Assembly: GCA_030390025.1 (NCBI GenBank)
Contig: CM059433.1
Location: 18,044,001 to 18,108,000, forward strand
Direction: 5' to 3'
DNA from: Squalus acanthias
Taxonomy: Eukaryota
Length of the DNA: 64,000 nucleotides
Under the pieces are notes generated by a model, which was not told the DNA's origin, searched no databases, and worked only from the letters and a program-made list of their open reading frames with translations. Made by a program: the position numbers and the translations under genes. Positions 1 to 10,756 of this stretch are shown here, piece by piece. Every line of letters starts with the position of its first letter. The stretch's first letter is position 1.

Positions 1-348
1 TGCTCTTAGCCTTCTTAATCCGCCTTTTTGCATTCTTTTTGTAGGCTATATATTTCTCATGGATCTTTTTTCATTATTTATGATACTCCTCCTTTTTAAA
101 CTAATTAGCCTGTGATTTGTGGTCAGTGGCGAAGCAAAGGCGTTCGCCACTGGCCTCGGAGTAAGCTTCCCACAAAGATCTCGCGATCTCTGTGGCGAGA
201 GGTTCGGCTTTTCCGACGTGCAATTTTAAATCAATGCAAGTTAGTGGGGAATCCCTAACGTGAGCTGCTGTGACGTCAACACACTATCTAAGCAGCCAAT
301 CAAAATGTAGAATTCTTACAGACAGCGAACCAGGAAATGAGTAAGCTC

Positions 349-1242
349 TAATACAAAAATAAAATACTGTAGATGCTGGAAATCTGAAGATAAAGCAGCT
401 GAAGATGGTTGGGCCTAGGATACTGCCCTGAGGAACTCCTGCAGCGATGTCCTGGGGCTGTGATGATTAACCTGCAATCACCACAACCATCTTCCTTTGT
501 GTTAGGTATGACTCCAGAGTGGGAGTGGAGCGGTGAATTAAAGTGACAGGCGACTGGAAGCTCGGGGTCCCCCTTACGGACTGAACGGAGGTGTTCCGCA
601 AAGATTGGGTGACCGCTTTGTGGAACACCTCCGTTCAGTCCGTAAGGGGGACCCCGAGCTCCCGGTGGCCTGTCACTTTAATTCACCGCTCCACTCCCAC
701 TCAGACCTCACCGTCCTCGGCCTCTTGCATTGTTCCACGGAAGCTCAGCGTAAGCTCGAGGAACAGCACCTCATCTTTCGATTAGGCACTTTACAGCCTT
801 CTGGACTCAACATAGAGTTCAACAATTTCAGATCATAACCTCGGCCCCTATCATATATATATATATATTTTTATCCACACTCTTTGTCTGTCTTTTTTCT
901 TCTCCCCCACATGGCAGCTGTCTTTCATTCTGCCAGCGCAATTTACACTTCATCTAGAGCCATCCTTTGTTTCTTAACCTGTCCCATTACCATCTCCTTT
1001 TGTCTTGAATGTCTCTTAATGTCTCTCTTCCACCTTCTATCCTATCACAGGCCTTCCCTTTTGTTCTTTCATCCCCTCCCCCCTTTCCCAGCCTCTACAC
1101 TTGCTTAAAAATCTGTTCCATTTCCTGCTTTTTTTCCAGTTCTGACGAAAGGTCATCGACCTGAAACGTTAACTCTGTTTCTCTCTTCACAGATGCCGCC
1201 TGACCTGAATTTCTCCAGCATTTTCTGTTTTTATTTCAAATT
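349..1242 (+). mobile_element. Penelope-like element, rearranged 3' portion (GIY-YIG C-terminus plus tail)
   Basis: ORF 605-838 LGDRFVEHLRSVRK...PVACHFNS...EAQRKLEEQHLIFRLGTLQPSGLN is typical of the end of a PLE GIY-YIG endonuclease; AGTAAGCTC duplicated at 340-348 and 1243-1251. Confidence 0.85.
1138..1174 (+). ncRNA. Minimal type I hammerhead ribozyme motif in the PLE tail
   Basis: AGTT-CTGACGA-A-AGGTC atc GACCT-GAAA-CG-TT-AACT: catalytic core, stems I and II, and palindromic ACGT in place of stem III. Confidence 0.8.
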
Positions 1243-2289
1243 AGTAAGCTCCTTTGATTCTAACTTTTCAAAAATGTTAAAGAGAGTAAAACAAAGATGG
1301 GGCTCTCTAATGAGGAAAAGGCAAACCTTAAATAAAGAGGAACAAACTTTAAAAAAATGTAAAAACATTTTTAAAGTTTCTTAAAAATTTTAATTTTTAT
1401 TAAAATATGTAAGTTTGACACTCCACAAAATTAAAATTAATTTTCAGGGCCTTTGTTTAGCAGTCAATACGCTGTTAAAACCCCAGATACACCTAATCCA
1501 AAGGGGTCTAACTTTTAAGGTGGTGTTTAACAGCGATATTACCGCGGAAGAGCCAAAGTTTTCGTCAGTTTCCCTGATTTCACAGATTACACTGATTGCT
1601 GGCAGTGGAGGTTGGTAGGGGGGGCGGGGGTGGACACAGTGCAGCCAGTGTCTGAGCAGTGAATGACTGACCGCAACTTCAGGATTTCCATGTTAGGATC
1701 CACACGCGCTAAAACCTAAAGTTGCGGTCGGTTGCAAAGGGGTAATAACAGCGAACGCAAATTCCGGGCCATGGTTGCTCTAACCTCTCAATTTATCCAC
1801 AGATCTCCAGCCTTTCATCCTAGTTGCTATGTATTTAACTTTTACCTTATCCATGTTGTCTTTAAATTACTTCCACTGGTCGCTGATAGATACTCTGCCG
1901 TTTTGTCCAAGAAATTAATTTTAGCCGAGGTCCCTTACTTAGCACAAGTATTTTAAAGTAGTCCAAACAAAATCTCTTTGCAGTGAGCTGAGGAATAGCA
2001 AGGAATTGGTCACATTACTGAGAGTATATTATAGATCACGAAGCAGTGATAAGGAATAGTTGTAAAAGATTTTACTTTTCCAAAAATAGTGGGATAGGGA
2101 AATGTTCGTGGTGGGAAAGAGAAAGTTTTCTTTTGGCCAAGTGTTTCCTCAGTCAATATCTTGCTGCTGTAATAAGGAAGGAATTCCTTGACCAGGGTCT
2201 AGATAATAAAGAGGGGCAAGTAGGCGCAACAGTGACTACAATATAATTAGATTCTGCATAAGAACTGAAAAGAAAAGAGAAAAGTTAGT

Positions 2290-3590
2290 TTTGAATCTAG
2301 AGGCCTAAAATTAGAAAGCAAGGAAGTAATTTTGAAATTTATAAGACCTTATCGAGGCTGCAGCTAGAGTATTGTGTGCCATTTTAAGGATCTCATTGTA
2401 GGAAGGACATAAAAGCACTATGATGTTACCAGGATAAGGGTTTGCTGTTATGAAGAGACACTTGGGGCTAAAAATTGAGTAGCGCCCCATAGCACTACTT
2501 TTAGTGCCTCGGAAAAATTAGCGCCCCCGCGCCGGAAATTGAGTGGTTGTGCCCCAAGAGGGAAGCGGGACGCTACTACAAGTGCTGCACATCCCTCTTG
2601 GGGTGCTGCGGGTCAGTATTGCGGCGCTGCAGCACATCGCACCGCGGTATTGCAGGCCTTCCTCCCCTTCTTAAAGGGGAGAGGGGCCTTGCGCAGCGCG
2701 ACCCGGGGCCCAGCTGGGCCCCCGGGGATCAGGAGTGCCAGCAAAAGAGCCCGGCACTCAAGAGAAGTGCCGGGCTCTTGGAGCGCAGCCGACACTCCAC
2801 GGGGGGGGGGGGGGGCGGTGGGGGCCGTTCAGGAGGCCGGGGACGGGAGCGCAGGCAGGTGCTGGCAGGCAGCCAGTAACAAAAATGGCCGCCCCGCACC
2901 TCGCCTTTAAATTGCACCTCCCCGGCCGCAGGTAGACCCCCCTGACCCCATCGGACATAGCGTCCGGCGGTAAGTCAGGGGGCGCTCCCGAAGATCGCAG
3001 CCGGGGCACGAGCGGGGGGCTGCGCATGACGATGATGTCATTGCCGGCAGCGCAGCGCCGCGGGGCGCTACAGGTTAGCGCTGCCATTAACCTCCCGCTG
3101 AATTTTGCGGGAGGCGTGGGCGGCGCCGTGCCCGGGCGCTAGTTGCTTTGCGCCCCGTTAGCAACCCAATGTTTCCCCCTTGAGATGTTAGGGCTTTTTT
3201 CACTGGAGTTGAATTGGTGACCTGACCGAAGCCTTCAAGATAATGAAAGGTTATAAGTTAACTTGTGTTGGCTTGCTTCCACTAGTGAGGGAGACACTAA
3301 CGAGTGGTACAAACTTAAGATGATCACTAAAAGACTTAAGGGGAAGGTTAGAAAAACAAATCTTTATATTGTGAGCAATAAGAATGTAGAATTGTTTGCC
3401 ACAAGCCACTGGTGATGCAGAGCCTATAAAGTCTTTGAAAAGGGAATTTGGTGCTTGAAAAAATATGGTTATTAAAGAGTATGGGGAACAAGAAGGGGAT
3501 TGGAATTAGGCTAGGTAGCTCATGTGACAGACACCAGCACAGACTTAATGGCCCAAATGGCCTCTTTCTCTCCTGTAACATTCAATTATT
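2290..3590 (+). mobile_element. Old CR1 3' fragment, split by the MITE at 2465-3179
   Basis: Degenerate LEYCV.F motif and CR1-type 3' UTR (...ggcccaaatggcctctttctctcctgtaac). Confidence 0.7.
2465..3179. mobile_element. Harbinger MITE (GGCGCTAA-type) inserted in an old CR1 RT fragment
   Basis: TIRs GGGCTAAAAATT and AATGTTTCCCCC; TTG duplication; removing it restores CR1-like YEETLEMLGLF. Confidence 0.85.
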
Positions 3591-4636
3591 CTAAGTTCTT
3601 GCAGTGTAGGGCAGTGGCCAGTGTTACAATGTACAACAAAAAGAGACAAAAAGCAATATTCAATGGGCTGTATTCCTTGTATTTGAAGCAAAATTTCTGT
3701 CAAAACTAAAAGAACAATGCCAAATGCTATTAAGAGACTTAGCAAATCTGCAGGAAAATCATTCGCAATGGGACTGATTAAGAAGGTGCTGTCAATAACT
3801 AGATTACCTCAACAGAATAACAGTACCCTTTGTTTTATATTATTTCATAATGTGGTTTTTTTTTCAAAATAGACTTGTGTAAGAGAATGAGCAGTTTTAA
3901 AAATGAATACATGATTTAAATCTGAATGTTCTGCATATTTGCATGACTAATTTAACCTGCTTAGTCTGTAATTAAAAAATCCACGCAGCTGTTTGTAGAA
4001 GGAATGTTGCTCAACATAGAGCCACAAGCATAGAAATGAGTTAAGTACCGGTCTATCAGAGATACCTACAGTTTAGTGATGTCTATTTTTTAAATAACAT
4101 TTTATTATTCTTTTGTCTGTGCACAATTTGCACGTCAGGAATGAAACAATGTGAATGAAGTATTTGAACAAATTTTTAATTAATTTCCAGAATAATTGGT
4201 GTCACAGCCACGAGATAATGTTCTCTACCACTTTTTAAGTGGTTTGTTTTAGCTGAGAACTGAATAATAATCAGCTATAAAAAGGCAGGAATTTGTCTAA
4301 GACCTTATCTGGGATTAGCTCAAAGAAATACTTAACCGGACTCTACAGAGATGAATGTTGATACGTTTAAAGAAACAACAGAAGTTCAAACACATTTCCT
4401 TACATTGTTGTTGTCTGTTAAGATCCCATTTTCTCAAAGAATGAAAGGCCGTGCTCTTATTGCCAATAGTTTTCTGTGAATTTTGAAGCATGGAATTAAG
4501 GTGATTCTCTGTGACAATGAAGAAGTGAAAAATCACTGATACTCCAACTCACGAGCTCAAAAAAAAGATTTTAAACCCAATGGGAAAGTGAGTTCAATGG
4601 CTTAATACGTTGTCTTTTATCTTTACCTATCCTCAG

Positions 4637-4728
4637 CTTTAGGGAAAATTCGGAGTGCCGTGGGCAGTGCTCAGCTTCTTATGTCTCAGAAATTCCAACA
4701 GTTTTACTGGCTTTGTCAGCAGAATCTG
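4637..4728 (+). CDS. DLGAP2: DLGAP2/SAPAP2 internal coding exon (GKAP/GH1 domain), third from last
   Basis: Acceptor ...tatcctcag| and donor |gtaggc; 92 bp, enters in phase 1 and exits in phase 0; reads xLGKIRSAVGSAQLLMSQKFQQFYWLCQQNL, matching the DLGAP2 GKAP domain as I recall it. Confidence 0.93.
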
Positions 4729-5566
4729 GTAGGCATTTTTTTTTGTTTCTTTCTTTTCCACACATCGAAGTTGCAAGGTCTGAATATCAGATTGTTCTTG
4801 TGTCAAATTTTTATATCATTGTTTGCAGTGTCTGCTTATATTGTGCACATTTCTTCATCTCAAATCAGGGTGTGATTACTGTAATAGGGTCTATAGTACC
4901 ATCAAACTCATCACCCATAACCCAAAACTGATTCACTGGGTCAGCGGGCTCTATATATTAAATATAGGGGACCTCCCCCTGTCTCCAGATGTTCCGCTGG
5001 GGTCAATGACGGAGATAGCCAGAAGGCTGATCCTGGTTCTTGCATTAGGATCAGAAGGCCGCAGACATTTGGCTCCCACGTGTCCTAATTTATCTGTGTT
5101 TTAATGATTTTTGTATTTCTTCATGAAATTTATCAATTCCAGATATAGCATCACGCAATCAGCTCCAGAAACATCAGCTGTGCGCATGAAAATACCCAAT
5201 AAATCACCAACAAATACAATACAATACATTAATAAAAACTGATTGAGTATTGAACCTCAGATCAATATCACTACTCGACACTTAGGTTTGTACACAACTA
5301 ACATCAATTGTTAGTTATTGTCATCAGAAATACAAGTGAGTCCATTACTTGCCATGTCATTTTACTCGTCATCCAACAACAGCACCACTAACATAGATAC
5401 AAGACAGTCCAGTAATGCTCCTACGCTACTGGAACATTCCCTCTGGAATACTTCTCAGCCTTGATCTCACAAAGGCAGGACAACCCAGTTGGCGCTACAT
5501 TCCAGAAGGCCAAACTATTGGTGCTCACGAGATTTTTGAGCTTCCATCAAAAGATGTCTAACCACT

Positions 5567-6043
5567 AATACAATAGCAAAATACTGCAGATGCTGGAAAT
5601 CTGAAATAACAACAGAAAATGCTGGAAACACTCAGCAGGTCAGGCAGCATCCGTGGAGAGAGAGAAACAGTGTTAACGTTTCAGGTCTGTGACCCTTTCT
5701 CAGAACTGGAAAAAGTTAGAGATGTCACAGATTTTAAGCAGGTGCACAGGCAGGGAAAGGGGGAAGAGGAGGAAAGAACAAAAGGGACGGTCTGTGATAG
5801 GGTGGAAGGCAGGAGTGGTTAAATGTTGCAAATGGGGATGGCAGAATCATCAACAGCTGCCGCCTGTAAAAATAGGGGCAGAGGTAATGGTCTGAAATTA
5901 TTGAACTCAATGTTGAGTCCAGAAGGCTGTAAAGTGCCTAATAGAAAGATGAGGTGCTGTTCCTCGAGCTTACGTTGAGCTTCATTGGAACAGTGCAGGA
6001 GACCAAGGACAGAGAGGTCAGAGAGGGAGTGGAGCGGAGAATT
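5567..6043 (-). mobile_element. Penelope-like 3' fragment with 15-bp target duplication
   Basis: Reverse complement of sequence like 680-1240; AGATGTCTAACCACT at 5552-5566 and 6044-6058; degenerate hammerhead at about 5672-5709. Confidence 0.85.
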
Positions 6044-6353
6044 AGATGTCTAACCACTGTTCACTTTTGTAGCCTTCCCAATAAATGAGCAACTGTTTGG
6101 TTGGAAAGGTATGTTAGACAGGAAAGGTTTATAAAATTAACTCTACCTAACTTTCACACATGATATGTACCATGCACAATATTGTAAATCTGCAAATATT
6201 TTACTGGCATGTTTTCAATGCAGTTTGTACTGCACCATACCATAACATTACTATATATTGATGAGAAACTGCATGAGGAACTATGGCACAAGAAAATAAA
6301 CTGATAGTTGGTGATGAGTATCCAAATGCAGAATTTAGCAAATGAAACACATA

Positions 6354-7124
6354 GGCCCGGATTTTCCGATCGGAGGCTTCCTGCGTGCGGATGCCTCCAA
6401 TCTGGAAAAAATCTACGAACTTACCTGCTGGCTCCGTAGGTCCCAACACCTCTGCTCCTGGGCCTCTCCTGGTGCGTGCGTGCAGAGGCCCAGGTATCCC
6501 AGGGGCGCAGGCAGTTCGCAAGCGTCCCTGGGATCACGTGGGCCATGGGGAACCAATGGAAGAAGGGAATCCCCCTTCATACTTTTGACAGGTCTCTCAG
6601 CTTAGACCCGTCAAAAGTATGAATGGAGATCACTCAAAAAACACACTAAAACTTTAAATACATTTTTTTTAAATCACATATTTAAAATTAGTTAAAATTA
6701 CATTAAATTAAATATTTTAAACAAAAATTTAATTTTTTGAAAAAAATAATTAAAGTTTTTTATGGGGCTAAAAATAAACTTACTTTTTTAAAAGTATTTT
6801 AAAATTATAAATGAGTGGAAAAAATATATATTTTTTTACTTTTTTAAACTCTTATGCTGGTAAAAGCAGGCCTTACGCCTGCTTTTACCAGGCGTAAGAT
6901 TTTTAAAGGTTTTCAGCAGGTGGACGTTCTGCAGAAAGCGGAACTCTCCACCCGCGGAGGCCCTTCTCCAGGGCAGGTGGAGGATCTGTCAAGAGAATTC
7001 TTGACAGATCGGAAGTGCTGGTTTTCAGCACATGCGCTTCGCATTCCTGAAACCGGCACTTGCGAGGCCCCTACGGGTGTGCACACAGCTCATACACACC
7101 CGTAGGGATCGGAAAATACGGGCC
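6354..7124. mobile_element. Harbinger-like MITE (AT-core family)
   Basis: 18-bp TIR GGCCCG(G/T)ATTTTCCGATC; ATA duplication; GC-rich ends around an AT-rich core; homologous to 20008-20763. Confidence 0.88.
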
Positions 7125-7574
7125 ATAGTTATACAATGCTTAATTATCACTGGTAAAATCCAAAAAACACAGTATGATCAACAAATATGATTTATACTTG
7201 CAGGCTAACTAAACTGTTACCTTACTGTCATATCAACAGCAATAGGTCAGGACAGAAAATACAAAAGCAAATAAATACAGAGTATGTAATCAGCATCATT
7301 CATTGCCCAATCACTCACCAGGGCAAACCCAATGAACTCCTCCTCTTTGCCTTTACTCAGTCCTCAGAAAATTCATCATGAAGAGTCCTTCTCACTGGAT
7401 GCAGACCCTGATTCAAGTACTTCTAGCAGTTTCTTTGTGAGTCCAACCTTTCTGAATCCCTTCTCACAGTTATTCAAAGTGATGACTCCAAAGCAAAAAC
7501 AATCAACTTGCACACTTCTGCTATGACACCTTAATGGCCCCTGCAGCGAATGTTTGCAGGTCTTCAGATATCCT

Positions 7575-7696
7575 ATAAACAGAAAGCAAAATATTGTAGA
7601 TGGTGGAGATCTGAAAATGTCGACTGCCTGACTTCTGTTTCTCCACAGATGCTGCCTGACCTGCTCAGTGTTTCCAGCTTTTTATGTTTCTGTTTG
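7575..7696. mobile_element. Short PLE tail insertion with internal inversion
   Basis: Inverted terminal piece followed by a forward tail piece; CAGATATCCT duplicated at 7565-7574 and 7697-7706. Confidence 0.7.
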
Positions 7697-7933
7697 CAGA
7701 TATCCTGTTTCCCACAGCTTCCTGACAGTATTGTTGAATATCCTGCCAACTGTGTCTAAAAGAATCAGCTAAACATCTAAATATCCCAGCTGTTGTGTTT
7801 GTTCACTGTATAACACTTTTAACACTGCCAAGGTTATGGCCTTTCATTGAATCTAGTGCTAAGTATCTCTTTTCACTCACACCACACCCCCTCAAACCTC
7901 TGCAGCATCAGTTCTTCACTTGTCTGACCTTTT

Positions 7934-8767
7934 GGGCTGGATTTTACTCACCGAGACGTGTTGGGGGCGGGACTGCTGCCTTCCGGGTTCTAGTCCCGCC
8001 CCCAGCGACGTCTGATGAACAAATGCTATTTTGCCCTGATTGGCCTTGTTAAGCCCGCCCAGTGGGCTTGCTGGCCAATTAAGGGAAAGCCGGTGTCAGA
8101 TGACGTCAGTTGATGACGCCTCATCTGCCGGTTTTCTTAAAGGCACATGCACCACACTTGTTTGACAGATGATTTGACAGTGTTTGACAGCGTTGAGGTG
8201 CTGTCAAACACTGACAGTCACTGTTCAGAGGTGAGCCCTTGTATCTAGGCTCTCCAATTACTCTCTCCTTAGGATAAAACAGATGGCAGCTGCAGTTGAG
8301 ATTGCAGAAGCCATCTGTCACTACTCCCGATGAGATGAGGCTACACAAACACTTCACAGCTTGACACCTGCAAAAACATCTAACCACATGAAAAATTACT
8401 TTCACAACATGTTCTTACCTCTGAAACTAACCAATGTCCCATTGCATCCTTCACACCACTTCTGCAGCTGTCATCCAAAGACCAACATAACAACAGGCCT
8501 CACTTACCCTGGCGGGGTTCCCCGACGTCGGGAAGCCCGCAGCAGCAGTCGAAAAATTGGAAAAAGCCTCTTAACTGCCTGTTAACGGGCAGTTATGTGG
8601 CTATAATCCTCTTCCCGCCGCTAGGAGTTGGGCCCCTGTGCAAATCGGAGACCCGACTCCCGGGAAGATTGGTTGGAGGCGGGTTGGGAGCGGGTTTGGG
8701 ACCCACTCCCATTTTTGGGGGATTTTCCCAGCAGTCTCGCCTCCTCAGGGCTGGTAAAATCCAGCCC
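7934..8767. mobile_element. Harbinger-like MITE (GGGCTGGATTTT family) inserted in the pogo fossil
   Basis: Perfect 14-bp TIR GGGCTGGATTTTAC; homologous to 14665-15456 and 21226-22050; target duplication degenerate. Confidence 0.82.
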
Positions 8768-9354
8768 ATCGAGTTTTACCTCACAATGGCACCAGAGGTA
8801 AATGTTTTCCTGTCGTGGAAGCTTTTGTCTGAAAATAACTTCAATTTATCACCATCAGCCAGCGCAGTAAAGTTGGTCCATTTACCACTTATGGTTGTTA
8901 CCGCTGACATCAACTGTTCTCTTAAGTGGTCTGCAGTTCTATTGTCTGTTGCACCAAAGCTCATTGGAGCTTGGCCCACATTTCCAGTGTTCTGAAGACC
9001 TCGCAAAGTTCCCTTGCTGGTGAGATGGCAATGCCAGGCCGACTGCTGCACGGTATATTCAACCCACCAGATTCATTTCCACGATGTATCATCCAGCTTG
9101 CAATTGAATGTTGGGGGACGCTGACTGCCCTTCCCGTTGTTCTTGTTATCAGCACCCAGTCCAGCAGCTACTTTTATATTTCAGGCCACTTGGTCTCGTA
9201 CCACTTCAAGCTTTACTTGTGGAAGGGCTGAGGAGGATTTGGTCTGACTTCCTTCCCCAGTCCTGTACATTGAACTCTTTCACGTTGAACACTCATGCTG
9301 CTGCTCTGCAACTGTTTTTCCTCAGCAGCCTCTGTCACCTTAATGTTAAAATGT

Positions 9355-9930
9355 AGCTTGGTGTCATCAGCAAATTTTACAATATTATCGAAATGCTCTT
9401 CTCCATATTATTTGTTAATAGTGTGAAAAGAACAGACCCTGTGGAACTCCACCAGTTCCTTCTCTCGAACTGGAAACTGCCTGTTTCCTCTTGGCAAGCA
9501 GATTTCAATCTAGGCATTAATTTCTTGAGCCTTAATTCTTTTTGAAAAGTCTGAACACATGGAACTTTATCAAGTACCTTTTAAAAATCCAAGTAAATTT
9601 TGTCAATACAGAGTCCTCAGTCACTTGATCTAAGAATTTCAGTAGATTTGTGAGGATTTTTCTATTGGTTTTAATCCACACTGACCACTCCTTATGATCT
9701 TTGGGCTTTCGAGCTGAACATTGATTTTTCTCACTATATATGTCAGGATTAACTGGTCTATAATTCCCAGATCATTTGATGTCACACTCCACTTTTTGAA
9801 TATGTGGCAGATATTCAGTATCCTGCAGTCCTCCAGTTAGTTGCTGTATCTATGGTGCTCCTAAACATGATGCCTGATAACCTCCACAGTTTTCTCACTG
9901 TAACTCTAGGCTGTATCCCATCTGTGCCAC
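9355..9930 (-). mobile_element. Old CR1-like RT fragment
   Basis: Minus strand KFADDTKL (gtgtcatcagcaaatttt) and DF.KVLDKVP remnants. Confidence 0.65.
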
Positions 9931-10756
9931 AGTGTCTCTATCGGCAATCAGCTAAGTCACCACAGATATGGGGCCTTTTGGGTTTCAGTCACCCGATATG
10001 GTGCATTTACCCACATATGAGTTCAATATTTATTTATAATATGTACCTGAGTTTAGAGCCCATTTTCCAATGCCAAAACATGCTCACCACATGGCTGCAT
10101 AACCAGGAGCCAGGTTTCGGATTGGTTTGCACAGTAGACTCTTGAGTTTTCCAGAACTCATTTACCTGTGACTATTGGCAGGGTGTCAATCAAACGACAT
10201 TTGTATGAGAAAGCCTCAACTCCTTAAAAAAAATCAGGGTGAAACGATTGTGCCAGTCAACTGTAACACCTTGCTTCAGCTTTAGATTGTTTTCAAAATG
10301 GTAATGTAAATGTCGTTAATCTCACATGGTGCTTCACAAGGGGATTCAAGACCAGGTGCACCCTTCAGGTACAGCAGGGTAGAGGGCAGGGGATAACTGG
10401 ACTGGACATGCAGATGTAATTCAAAGCCTATTTTAAAGTTATACATTCTGTCCTTATTTTTATATTTCCACTGTAAATTCCTATAGTTGCAATTATAATG
10501 GGAACTGCCTATGTAAACATGTCATGCTCTCCAGGCAATGGTGGAACTAAAGCACCGCCAACTGGGGGAAGGTGTAATTACAGCATGACAAGATTACATT
10601 GGCAGTTTCCATGTGGCCATTGGAATTTGTAATAGGAAAGCTGACAGGGAGCGCACTCAGATGTAAGATTTTTAATATATTACTGGTTGATCTCCCATGG
10701 TGTCGCACATAAGAAGTCAAGCCCAAATGCAGTCTTCAGGTGAAGCGGATTAGCGG

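Larger units (their letters stand above)
107..1770. mobile_element. Probable old Harbinger-like MITE interrupted by the PLE insertion at 349-1242
   Basis: Right end ...GCAAATTCCGGGCC resembles the end at 33148; left end degenerate (AGCCTGTGATTTG). Confidence 0.4.
7320..9352 (-). mobile_element. Fossil pogo (Tc1/mariner superfamily, POGK-like) transposase
   Basis: Minus-strand remnants FNIKVTEAAE/KNSCRAAA*VFNVKEFNVQDWGRK (Brinker-like HTH), LLDWVLITRTTGRAVS, TGNVGQAPMSFG...ADGDKL, LALDSMKGH; many stops and frameshifts; interrupted by later insertions. Confidence 0.65.

Noticed and set aside
2539..3087. CpG-island promoter or genes in GC-rich patches (also 24900-25550, 31450-32050)
   Set aside because: Each patch is bounded by TIRs and a 3-bp duplication; the ORFs are by-products of high GC content.
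4660..4875. 71-aa ORF as a small protein
   Set aside because: Only 4637-4728 is exonic; the rest is intron read-through past the gtaggc donor.
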